Source: Octopus vulgaris
Taxonomy: Eukaryota
DNA length: 64,000 nt
NCBI GenBank assembly: GCA_951406725.2
Contig: OX597834.1
Location: 682,001 to 746,000, forward strand
Direction: 5' to 3'
Below are positions 1 to 11,045 of this stretch, in pieces (within the stretch, counting starts at the first letter, position 1; every line of letters starts with the position of its first letter). The translations under genes and the position numbers were made by a program. The notes under the pieces were generated by a model. The model was given only the letters and a program-made list of their open reading frames with translations. It ran no database searches and was not told the origin of the DNA.

Positions 1-300
1 GGTTATAGTTGTTAAAGACCAAAACTATAGAAAGCTTGTTTATTGATCGAAACGAATATTTTCTGTGATCATAATATCTCAGCAAAAAGAATTTGACAAG
101 CTCAGAAAAAATATAAAGATTTGGTCATTGAAATTGGAAAACAATATGGCATCTCAATGCGGTTTCAGTACCAGTGATTGTAGGAGCACTAGGAATGATA
201 ATAAAAAAACCAGATTGGAAATTATTTAAGAATGATCCTTGGCTTACCATCCAGGCAAGAAGTACAAAATATTGTTTTAACTGAGAGGTCCCACATTGTC
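1..300 (+). mobile_element. Degenerate 3' fragment of R4/Dong-type non-LTR retrotransposon (restriction-like endonuclease region)
   Basis: Frameshifted translation gives IVVKD..DHNISAKEFDKL.KYKDLVIEI..WHL..VPVIVGALGMI, the typical R4/Dong C-terminus; homologous to 45240-45530. Confidence 0.75.
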
Positions 301-524
301 AATGGGAAAACGATTAATACCCATGCATTATATTTTTCTTAATAGTTACATTTTTTAAAATTTTCTTTACATAATTTCATTTTATTTTCAAAATGAACAA
401 TTTGGTACGTTTAGTTTTATGGCCTATCAATGTTTACAGTGGGTTCCTTTGTCCCAGGGGTCGGGAAGACACTCAGTAAGAAATGGAAACAAAATTGAAA
501 GAAGGAAAACTCATAACAATAATA

Positions 525-900
525 ATCCTTTCTACTACAGGCATGAGGCCTGGAACCCGGGGGGATGGATAAGTCGATTACATCAACCCCAGTGCTTGAC
601 TGGTGCTTACTTTATCGACCCCGAAAGGACGGAAGGCAAAGTCGGCCTCAGTAGAATTCGCAATCAGAATGTAAAAACGGATGCCCAACGTTTTAAAGAT
701 TCTGCGGGCTCGCTGTTTTAATGATAATAATAATGATTTCAAATTTTGCCACAAGGGCAGCAATTTTAGGAGGAGATAAGTCAATTACATCGACTCCGGT
801 GTTTCACTGGTAATTAATTTATCGACCCTGAAAGGCAAAATCGATCTCAGAACGTACCGCTAAGCATTTTTCCCGGCGTGCTAACGATTCTGCCACCTTA
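525..900 (-). mobile_element. Two adjacent degenerate tRNA-derived SINE copies (family A)
   Basis: Reverse complement matches 25793-26023 (ggcagaatcgttagcacgccggg..gtcgactttgcctttc..ggggtcgataaa..aagtaccag). Confidence 0.8.
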
Positions 901-924
901 ATAATAATAATAATAATAATAATA

Positions 925-1215
925 ACAAGAGCACTGAGAAAGCGCAAACCTCCGCCAAGGTAACACCAATGTCCTCTCAACGATCAGCTGGAGAGGATTT
1001 TTAAAACAAGAATATCTGAAAGACCGCTATCAAAAGTTCTGGAAAAATAATCCAGAATTCTTGTCCTGTACCAGATTGTTCCCAAAATCTAATCAGTTCG
1101 TGCAGGTACCAAGGCGAAACATCCCTGAAAGTTTCATCCGAATCCATCCAGCAGTTCTTGATATATTTTGTCCACGGACAAACAATCAAACGATACCTCT
1201 GCCTTCGCTAAGGAA
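925..1215. mobile_element. Short non-autonomous Helentron/DINE-1-like element
   Basis: Begins acaagagcactgagaaagcgcaaacctccgccaagg and ends acctctgccttcgctaagg (subterminal repeat/hairpin); internal aaaatctaatcagttc..aagtttcatc motifs recalled from such elements. Confidence 0.55.
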
Positions 1216-1475
1216 GAAAGACAAGTCGATAGATATGAGAGGTTAGCTTGGGAATTTAAGCAGTTTTGGTCGCTGAAAAAGCCGATGGTAGTAACAATAA
1301 TTGTCTTGAGAAGCACATGCAACAAATAGGGGCTACAGTAAGGGTGGAACACTTGCAGAACCGCTGGAATATTCCGGATGGTGCCCGAAAAATAAGGGGT
1401 GTTACTTTAAACTCACTGATAGCGAGCAGCTGATACCGTAGTACATCTCCAGCGTTAGAAGCTGTGCAAAGACAA

Positions 1476-1477
<2 letters not shown>
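1210..1477 (+). mobile_element. R4/Dong-type LINE 3' end
   Basis: EERQVDRYERLAWEFKQFWSLKK, then 3' UTR running into (AAT)n. Confidence 0.65.

Positions 1478-1546
<69 letters not shown>
1478..1546. repeat. (AAT)n microsatellite
   Basis: Direct reading. Confidence 0.98.
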
Positions 1547-1547
<1 letters not shown>

Positions 1548-1753
1548 CTGCTCATATCCTACGCAAAATACTTTCTATGTAATCTCAAGTTTTAAAATAA
1601 ACATAATTTTCTTATGGTTTTTTAGACATTCACTAGTACAACACTATGTACAAAACCAAATATATGGCACCCTAGGCATAACACCAACATGAACTTCCAG
1701 CTTGTTGTCTCTTGAGGTCTCTGGGTGAGACTTGGAGCTAGCATAAGTCAAAC

Positions 1754-1758
<5 letters not shown>
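1547..1758 (+). mobile_element. R4/Dong-type LINE extreme 3' end
   Basis: TAHILRKILSM* followed by UTR; flanked by (AAT)n on both sides. Confidence 0.7.
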
Positions 1759-1809
<51 letters not shown>

Positions 1810-1810
<1 letters not shown>

Positions 1811-2309
1811 TAATTGTTATCGCCATATTAATATGGCATTCTTATAGATATAAGAATGCCATATTAATATGGCGATAACAATTAATTTCCAGTAAACGCT
1901 GCCGTAATCTCTTTTATAGAGACTTAGTAATTTTAATATTTCTATTATTGAAAACAAGTGGATGTATTCCACTGAAACTAGGTAAATAGAAACCTTCGAA
2001 CAGAGACGTCAGTGGCGACACCTGCGGGGTCTGACTGCGCTACATTGACAAGGGGCAATACCCCGAAACGCGTCTGTAGCTGTCGGACTGGCAGTGTGAA
2101 GCGGCTGACCTCCCTTGTTCGAAGGTTATAATGGATACAGATCGTGTATCAATAGCTATCTTAAGGCGGTGGCCTCTTGGAGCTGACCAGCGGCAGCGAT
2201 TATTCTTATATCTATAAGAATGCCATATTAATATGGCGATAACAATTAATTTCCAGTAAACGCTGCCATAATCTCTTTTATAGAGACTTAGTAATTTTAA
2301 TATTTCTAT
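1810..2309 (+). mobile_element. Non-coding hammerhead-containing element (retrozyme/Penelope pLTR-like), 364-bp unit
   Basis: Direct repeat 1849-1945 = 2213-2309; inverted fragment ~1810-1857; HHR at 2039-2080; inserted in (AAT)n; homologue at 20675-21242. Confidence 0.85.
2039..2080 (+). ncRNA. Type I hammerhead ribozyme, U3:A8 core variant
   Basis: GCTACA-TTGACAA-GGGG caata CCCC-GAAA-CGCG-TC-TGTAGC: helix I, core, helix II, GAAA, palindromic helix III, GUC cleavage triplet. Confidence 0.9.
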
Positions 2310-2310
2310 A

Positions 2311-2457
<147 letters not shown>

Positions 2458-3612
2458 GTCCTGAATGAGATGAGTAAAACCGTGGAAACTAAGAAATTTC
2501 GCGAATATTTTTTCAGCAGAACCATTTTACGAACCTTTTTCATTTAACAACGTTTCCCCTCTGACATCGACTAAAACGGAAGATTCTCAGTAACAAGCTT
2601 GTCAAGTCTCTCGTCTCCTCAGTGTTATGATGTATGTTTTCTACTAAAATGGACGCCTTTATTCTATGCAGATTTGCCAATTACTAATTTGTGTTTCAAA
2701 CCACATTCTTGTCAGGACTTAAGATACCAATCCAACTTAGATTGAACTCCAGTTTGGCCACTTGCGGCCATTTTGATGTCGATACGTGAAAAGATATTAC
2801 AAAAGTAGGAAGGCAATTATTTCAACCATGCACAAGTACAGCGTTAAGTTTAAAGTTTCTCAACAACAGATGTATCTGGAATGTTAAAGCCCTTTCATTC
2901 TCATCAAAAAAAGAAATCCAGAATAATAATCATTAGAGACTAATTAGGAATATTTTGCGTAAGCCTTGTCATGTTTGATTCTCAGAATATTTCAAGAGAA
3001 ACAAAAAAAAATGTTCCATTGATGTGAAAATTTCATTTTTGTGAAATATAAGTGAAAACTGAGACATCTAACCTCGAATACACGTCTGTTTTATTGTGTA
3101 GAGATTAGATAAAATTACTGCAAGAATCCGTCATATATCTAAAGATCTGCTAGAGCTATACATACATGCATTCATCCATGTATGTGAGTACGGACGCATA
3201 CACAGAAATATACACGTGCAGCCACCCCACCCCCACACATATATAATGCAATACTATTGTTCCAAACGAACAAGTGTCTGATACGAAAAGATAAAGAAAA
3301 GATCAAATTAGAACGTAGTCTTGTTATATGTAAACACACGCATGTATATATATGTACGTATATATATATATGTGTGTGTGTATGTATATCTGCATATATG
3401 TATGTGCGTGTATGTATGTATATATATATATTAGATAGATAGATAAATAGATGGAGAGATAAACATATAGCGGTAGATATGCCTGTACGTACGTATCTAT
3501 GCAAGCATGTGTGGATATATATGTAAGCATATGTATATATATATATATATATGCACACACACACACACACATATACATATATGCACACACACACACATAG
3601 AGACAGAGAGAA

Positions 3613-3657
<45 letters not shown>

Positions 3658-3857
3658 TGGGAATGAGGGAGTATCTTCATACATAAGAAAGATGACGTGT
3701 AGTTAAAAGTACTTCCCATCTGTATGACATTTTACAGATCGATTTCTAACGCTAAGACATATATATTTAATGTAAACAGAATAATTCCAATATTCAATTA
3801 GACGGTAAAATCAGTGATATCACACATACTCCACCACACACACACACAAAAACGTAC

Positions 3858-3908
<51 letters not shown>

Positions 3909-5024
3909 GTGAGAGAGAGAGAGGGATGGAGGGGGAAGACAGATACCCATATATCGTCAATATCGCTCAGTTGTACACAATATAATTCCATAGAAATAGA
4001 ATGGTAACTTCCTGTGTAATATTTCTGAATATATTGATACAGACTGCCACATTTTGAAATATTTAACGAAAATACTGAACAGCCAAGTCTACACCAAATA
4101 AGCAGAGCTTCTAAATAAATCCTACTGGAAAAAGTAGCTGAATTTCCTCGTAATTATCTGCTTCGTTATTCGTAGATAAGGACGGGTACATTGGACTAAT
4201 GCTAGTTCTTGATATACTTTACGAGACGATGATAAACATTTTTTATCATAGATTTGCTCAGTTAGTGCCGTCCTGGAATTAAACAAGGTGATGGTATAAA
4301 TAGCAGCAGAGGCAACCAGTCATTTCCCTCGATAGAAACAGCAGCTAAATATCCTAAAAGTAAAACCTTTCATTTTATACGGGGGAAGAACCTCCAGCCT
4401 GCCTTTTATGCTCTCGGGAAAACCTGGGTCAATATGTCCTTTTAAAATAAGTTAGAATGTGATTTAAGCGAGATTTAGTTGCTGTTTCTATCATCTCAAG
4501 GATATTTCTTGGACTCGTGTGCTATTGTAGACTTTTAAGTGCCATCGAAACAACATGAACGCAGACTTGGCTACGTGATTAAGATGTTCGTTTCACACAT
4601 GTTGTTTCGGGTTCAATCCCACTGTAGCCTGAATACATTTCTTCCATTCAAGATATGTTGATGTACTTTCAAAGATGGAATCGATATGCAAGTTCACAGA
4701 CGAGACTTCGTTCTCCGCCGGGTCTTCCATTCTATTGCAAGCGTTTAAGTCAAATGTTTGGAAACAAGCTATCATCTGTTCTTCTTTTAATGAATCTTGG
4801 ATACTCAAGTAAACGTGACAGACGCTGCCTTTCTACGTCACTCTCCTCTTTGCCTACACCCCACCTTGACTCCCTCTCTCTTTCCTCCTACCATCACCTT
4901 CTTTCTCTCCTATCATTTCTTGTTCGTGTATGAAGGCCATGCATTCATTAGCAGTTGCAGCCAGTTTTTCTCATTTATAAGATTTGAAACTGCAGTGCCT
5001 CTTAAATTTCTCTCCTGTTAACTT

Positions 5025-5060
5025 TTTCCTGAAGAAGGACTCTTGTCCAAAACGTTGGAT
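5025..5060 (+). ncRNA. Degenerate hammerhead-like motif, probably in a Penelope 3' remnant (~4640-5140)
   Basis: CTGAAGA-A-GGAC tctt GTCC-AAAA(for GAAA)-CG-TT-GGA, preceded by a CT-rich tract. Confidence 0.45.
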
Positions 5061-5900
5061 TTTCCACTTCCCACAAGGTCACTGAACTTTTCGCTGCTTT
5101 TTCTAAATAATACGAGTCTTGCAGACGTAGACGTATTCCAACGTCTTGGGAGTCTCCTTGATCCTAACTAATACTGGTGTTACATTTGTTAAATTGTTAA
5201 ATTTTCGAGAAACATCCATTATTTCAAATTGATTGTTTGTTACTTTCTCTCTCCAAAGAAAAGAATCATGTTTTAGAGGCGGAAGTCGAGTGTTCCTCGT
5301 TTCTAGTACATGTATGAAACCTGCCATATCGGAATAATTAGAGAGCATGGGATTGTTTGGTGTATTCTATGGTCTTTGGAAAAAAACTGATACTATTGAC
5401 TGGTTTTAATAATTTTGGCTTGGGAGCATGGTAGGGGTGGTGTATTGGTGGTGGTGGTGGTGGTATAGGATAGGCTGAAATAGTAACAGAAAGGAATTTC
5501 CGTTGGGAAATAAATCTTAATGCCTGCTTGCAAAATATCATTTTTGAGTGATCAAGAACTCACAACAAATATCGATCGTCTGTAGTTTGCTTTTATGCAC
5601 GTGTGCCACTTAAGAGAACAAAGCAAAACAAAAAGACAAAAAAATAACAGCGAAATCACAAAGAGAAAACTAGAATAGAATCTAAAGCAATTTATTGTTG
5701 AAAATCGATAGAAAAATATCTGTTCTCCTTTTATAATTCCTCTTCCCTGGAATATATCTTTATGGGTTGGAGCCTATAACTCCCACCCCCGCTCTATCTC
5801 TCCCCCCACACACTTCTTTCAAGTTCTTTAAGGCTGTTGGTATGTTTTGATATATTTCGTATCTCCCACAAATGATCCGCACCAAGATACTCAAAATCCA

Positions 5901-5921
5901 CCCTAACCCTAACCCTAACCC
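5901..5921. repeat. Short interstitial (CCCTAA)3.5 telomere-type repeat
   Basis: ccctaaccctaaccctaaccc. Confidence 0.85.
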
Positions 5922-6357
5922 TTGCACATTTTTACAGCACATTTAGAAATACTTGACTTCTTTCAATGAAAAACAATTATATAAAACGCAAATACGCTTT
6001 AATGATTAAGCACACGAAATCACGTGCAGCGCCGCCGGAGAAGACGATCGGAAGGCGACGCCGACTTTAGCTATGAAATAATTATTGGAATAATTTCTCT
6101 TGAAATAACAGCCTTCTATCTTTGAACTTGCAGTCAGGTCCAGGCTGTTGGGTTTCTCTCCTGCTTCTTCCTGGTTTCCCCGTTAAAATTAATGAAAGAC
6201 ACGGAAGTCACCAATACAGGTTCCAAATGGTGTTGGATCGATTTCACAAAAGAAACATAAAATTAATAAAAGAACAATTGAAATTTATATTTCCCAATTG
6301 TATTTTCCTTTAACAATCATCTTTAGGTATTCACACACACACACATGCATGTGTGTG

Positions 6358-6434
<77 letters not shown>

Positions 6435-7024
6435 CATGTGCACTTGTATGTAATCAGAGAAATCTGATGTCGACATGCACAAACACGTCCAACGAACCGA
6501 TACAATTCGGTTACAACATGAAACTATTGATACGTTTAATCAATCTTGATCGAAAACCAGAGAAAAGACAAAGATATGATCACAGCGAATATACATACAA
6601 ACATACGAATAACATACATGATTTGTGTGTGTGTGTGTGTGGATATATATGTTCACACACTCTCTCTCCAATACACAAGCACACACATATTGTTTCAAAT
6701 TTTGACACAACGCCAGCAATTTCCAGGGAAGGCGTAAGTCGATAACATCGATCCCACTACTCGATGGGTACTCATTATGGACCCTACTTTCCCTCCTAAC
6801 AAAAAGATAAAGCGAAGAAAACGCTGCACTGAATACGGTTACCAATTTTGTAACACTCTACATATTTCAACTGCCGAGAGAGATTCATGCAGTGTTTATA
6901 TGTTTATATATATATACATATATATATATACATAAACAAACATACACTATATAGTATGGCGTCAGTAACATTCTTGTTTAACAACAATAAAATATAGGGT
7001 AACTCATCGAACTAATGTAAAATT

Positions 7025-7119
7025 GTAACGTTGAAAGAGAGAGAAGAGGCTAAACAATGCAAAATGGACTGTAAGATGTCTTTTTGCATTGTTTAGCCTC
7101 CTATCTCTTTCAACGTTAC
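7025..7119. repeat. Long imperfect inverted repeat (hairpin)
   Basis: gtaacgttgaaagaga..gaggctaaacaatgcaaaa / ttttgcattgtttagcctc..tctctttcaacgttac. Confidence 0.9.
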
Positions 7120-7212
7120 TCATCGGGTACAATGCTTGAAGCAAACTATAACATTTTATTAATGTCAAATTGTTTTTATTATAACTGAATAAGAAAAAAA
7201 AACATTAATGCA

Positions 7213-7248
<36 letters not shown>

Positions 7249-7264
7249 TATATAAATCATTTAA

Positions 7265-7412
7265 AACAATTCAATTCGGTTTCCGTGCTACTTCAAATTC
7301 CGCAGGGTCCTGATAGAACCGAATCATTCGAACATTCAAGAAACCTGAAGGAGATGGGCTCTGTTAGGGGCCTTCAAAATTTGAAGGAACACGGAAACCG
7401 AATGAAACTGTT
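7265..7412 (+). repeat. Long imperfect foldback with G-U pairs
   Basis: attcggtttccgtg/cacggaaaccgaat, cttcaaatt/aatttgaag, cctgataga/tctgttagg. Confidence 0.8.
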
Positions 7413-7743
7413 AAATATTATTTGTAACTGCTACTAAATGTGTTGAGTGCCTTTTCCTTTCGTTTGTCCACTCCCTCGTGTGTGTGTGAGAGTAAATACA
7501 GAGTTGACCGTTGATATCATTTCCTTAAAGACTACACATGTATTTCGCGATTTAAATTACCTGGGTCTCTAAGAGTTGAAGAATAAAAGCGGCATCTTTT
7601 GTGATCAGATGGCAACCAACCACGAAACAAATCTCTAAAATCTCCTTTTACTTCAGAGAAAAGAAAGAATTGATTGACATCGTCTTCACTCTCCACGTGG
7701 TAAAGAGTTTGAAATAAATAATTGTAAATCATTCACATGTCAT

Positions 7744-7802
<59 letters not shown>

Positions 7803-8683
7803 CATGGTCGCAGCTCTGAGCTGAAAAAAATAAAAATATATATATATATATATATAAATACAGAATCGGACAAAAACGCAAAACTTTCAAATAGACGATA
7901 CAAAAAACGGACGGGTCATTCGAAGCCTCTAATCTTCAGTCAAGAACCGGATCATCCTCGCAATTTCGGCGAGGTAAAACTAAGCTACGGGCATTAGATT
8001 TCTTGGAAAAGGATCGAATGTATACGAAACAAGGACAGAAAAAAGGGACGATGTTACACGAATATAGATAAAAAACAAACAAAAAATAATACGAATATAA
8101 ATACAAAAAACAATAATAATAATAACAGGACAAAAACCACAGGCGTCTTTTTACTTTAGACAGTTCAACTTAACTGGCGTATTTCAAAAATAATGCCTTA
8201 CGGCATGTTGTCGATGTTGTCGTGACGCTGGTCAGCAACCGAAAGGCTATAGTTGACCGGCGGTCACGTGAGAAGAGAAGAGAGAGAAAAAAGAGGCAAA
8301 GGAATTAAAGAGAGGGAGAAGAGAGAGAAAAAGAGGGACAAAGGTATTAAGGAGGAGGGAGATGAGAGAGAAAGAAGGAATTAAGGAGGGGGGAGAAAGA
8401 GAGCGTGCCAAGGATTGGCGGGACAAAAGAAAGGCAAAGTAAGAAAGGCAGAGATATGTGAGAGAGTGGGGAAAGAGGAGACCAAAAAGAGGCGAGAAAA
8501 GAGAAAGAGAAAGACAGAGACAAGTGAAGTACAAATTAAGAAAGACAGAGAAACTGTGTGTAGAAGTCGTACAGAGTTTAGTGGAATGCTTACATACAAG
8601 GTGTACGTACGCCGCAATAATATATGATTGATTGATTCTAGTTTCAGCTCACGAGCTCTGGCCATGCTGGGGCACCGCCATAT

Positions 8684-10189
8684 ATGTATAAAAATATATA
8701 TAAAAATACAATATATATATATATAAGGGACGACTTAGATATGCTCAATCACCTACCGAATACTATAAACAAAAGCACCATACTGGTATCCTTCGATGTA
8801 GTCAACCTCTACTCCAATATCCCCCACAACCTAGGACTAGAGGCAATTCAATTCTGGCTAGAGAATCACGCCAACGAACTACCACACCGCATCAAAAACG
8901 AATTTGTGATAGAAGGGGTTAAATTCATCCTGGAAAATAACTTCTTCGCCTTCAATGACAACTTCTACCGACAAAAATCGGAGACTGCGATGGGTACACG
9001 AATGGCCCCCTCCTTTGCCAACCTAGTCATAGGATACCTAGAGATCAGTCTGTATCGTAAGGTTCTAGAAAGATATGGCAGCCCTTTCTCCATCTACATA
9101 GAAAACAACTGGAAGAGATATCTAGATGACTGTTTCATCCTTTGGCATAAAAATATAGAAAAACTCATAGAATTCCAGGAAATTTTAAACGGACTGGACG
9201 TAAACATCCAATTCACGATGGAATATAGCCAGCAACAACTCCCCTTCCTCGATATCCTCATTAAGAAAGCTAATAATATAATAGAAACAGACATATACTA
9301 TAAGCCTACAGACTCTAAGCAATATCTTCCATTCAATTCATGCCACCCCAGACACACCAGGATGAATATCCCCTTCAATCTAGCAAAAAGGATATGCACT
9401 ATAGTCTCTAACGCAAACACCAGAGACACACGACTACAAGAACTAAAAGATACCCTTATCACCAGGAACTATCCACCTTCACTTATTGACAAGTGCATTC
9501 AACGTGCCCTTCAACTTAACATCAAGGAACTGAGACATCCCAAATCAAAGAAAAACTTACAACCAAAAGCCTTACCATACATCTCCACACACAACCCTCT
9601 CAATAACGAAGCCTTCGGCACCATCCTCCACAACATACCCCTCCTAAAAAAAGACCACAGAATGAACACAATCCTCCAAACACACACGATCATAAAAAGC
9701 AAAAGACAGCCTAGATCCATGAAAAGTCTCCTAACACAAGCCCGAATTCACTCTTCAACACAGAAGCCGACAGTAAAAAAATGTGGAAGACCCAATTGTG
9801 GGATATGCGACTATCTAATTGAGGGATCAGAGTTCTCCTTCAAACAGGGACAACGGTTTACAGTGAAAAGCAACTTCACATGTGCTTCGGAGAACCTAAT
9901 ATACTCCCTAACCTGCTCCGGGTGTCAAGAGCAGTACATAGGCCAAACAAAAAATGGTTTGCGTAAACGAATGGCCCTGCACAGATCCCAGATAAAAATT
10001 CCCCAAAACAGAAAAATAGCTTTTAGCCAACACATAGATACTTGCGCCAACAAAAAAACACCAAACTTCAGGATTTTCCCCCTCTACCAATTTAGGGACG
10101 ATACAACCTCGAGACAACGAATAATTAAAGAAAATCTCTTTATTACAAAATACAAGCCACTTCTTAACGGGTCTACGACAAACAATTAA
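8684..10189 (+). CDS. Penelope-like element reverse transcriptase + GIY-YIG endonuclease (5'-truncated; real homology starts ~8723), probably Neptune-type
   Basis: SFDVVNLYSNIP, TAMGTRMAPSFANL, WKRYLDDCF, YKPTDSKQYL..SCHP, Cys linker CGRPNCGIC, NLIYSLTCSGCQEQYIGQT..LRKRMALH..KENLFI..KPLLN. Confidence 0.95.
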   Translation: MYKNIYKNTIYIYIRDDLDMLNHLPNTINKSTILVSFDVVNLYSNIPHNLGLEAIQFWLENHANELPHRIKNEFVIEGVKFILENNFFAFNDNFYRQKSETAMGTRMAPSFANLVIGYLEISLYRKVLERYGSPFSIYIENNWKRYLDDCFILWHKNIEKLIEFQEILNGLDVNIQFTMEYSQQQLPFLDILIKKANNIIETDIYYKPTDSKQYLPFNSCHPRHTRMNIPFNLAKRICTIVSNANTRDTRLQELKDTLITRNYPPSLIDKCIQRALQLNIKELRHPKSKKNLQPKALPYISTHNPLNNEAFGTILHNIPLLKKDHRMNTILQTHTIIKSKRQPRSMKSLLTQARIHSSTQKPTVKKCGRPNCGICDYLIEGSEFSFKQGQRFTVKSNFTCASENLIYSLTCSGCQEQYIGQTKNGLRKRMALHRSQIKIPQNRKIAFSQHIDTCANKKTPNFRIFPLYQFRDDTTSRQRIIKENLFITKYKPLLNGSTTNN

Positions 10190-10289
10190 TATACCTCAAC
10201 TTTAGAATAAAAGAAATATATACACACACAAATATTACACTCCATAGAATCCATTACTAATCAGCCCCATCACAGCTATACTTTCACCC

Positions 10290-10490
10290 ATTCATATTCT
10301 CCCTTCTCTGTTTTTTTCTTCTTCTTCTTCTTCCTCTTCTTCTTCATCATCATCATTATCATCATCATCGTCGTCATCATCATCACCACCATCATCACCA
10401 TCATCTTCTCCTTCTCCTTCTTCTTCTTCTTCTTCTTCATCATCATCATCATCAACATCGTCATCTTCTTCTTCTTCTTCTACTTCTCCA
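10290..10490. repeat. (TTC)n/(TCA)n compound microsatellite
   Basis: Direct reading. Confidence 0.9.
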
Positions 10491-10825
10491 CCTTCCACCC
10501 CTTAACCTTGTCACTAATGTCTTTCAGTATAACGCCTACGCAAATTCCATAAACAATTCCTGAATTGAACTGCGACTACTGTCAGCCACTGACCATTCAA
10601 AATACGACCATCAAGGCATTCCCAGATTTCCCCACCCCCTCTCCACATCAGCTTCCTTATTCTTCACCTACCCTACCAAGAACTCAAAACGACCTCGAAC
10701 ACACAAGTGCAAACAAGGGAGTCAGAGAAAGGCAGAATGCTACTTATATCTGAACACTACTATAGAAATATTCTTTTAAAAAAACTTTTCTTCTAATTTT
10801 TCTAAATTTAATTATTTAATCGTTA

Positions 10826-10863
10826 CAGTTGAAAAGGTCTCAAAATGACCGAAACCGGTACTG
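10826..10863 (+). ncRNA. Minimal type I hammerhead ribozyme (U3:A8) in putative Penelope pseudo-LTR
   Basis: CAG-TTGAAAA-GGTC tcaaaat GACC-GAAA-CCGG-TA-CTG; helix I extends aatcgtta/aaagatt; ~640 nt downstream of the Penelope stop, same strand. Confidence 0.85.
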
Positions 10864-10993
10864 AAAGATTCACTATAAAATTATCTTAGCATTTTCTATT
10901 TTTGACTTGTTTTTTCATATATATATATATATGCACCTACACCTTGTTCACTTATATGTATGTAAACATTCCACCAAACTCTGTACGACTTCT

Positions 10994-11040
<47 letters not shown>

Positions 11041-11045
<5 letters not shown>

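Noticed and set aside
2764-2776. YY1-like motif GCGGCCATTTTG as a promoter
   Set aside because: Single short motif without supporting context
5901-5921. Telomere or fusion site
   Set aside because: Only 3.5 units, embedded in dispersed-repeat-like sequence
8684-10189. Selenoprotein-type (Naiad) Penelope
   Set aside because: No in-frame TGA; Cys positions are normal codons
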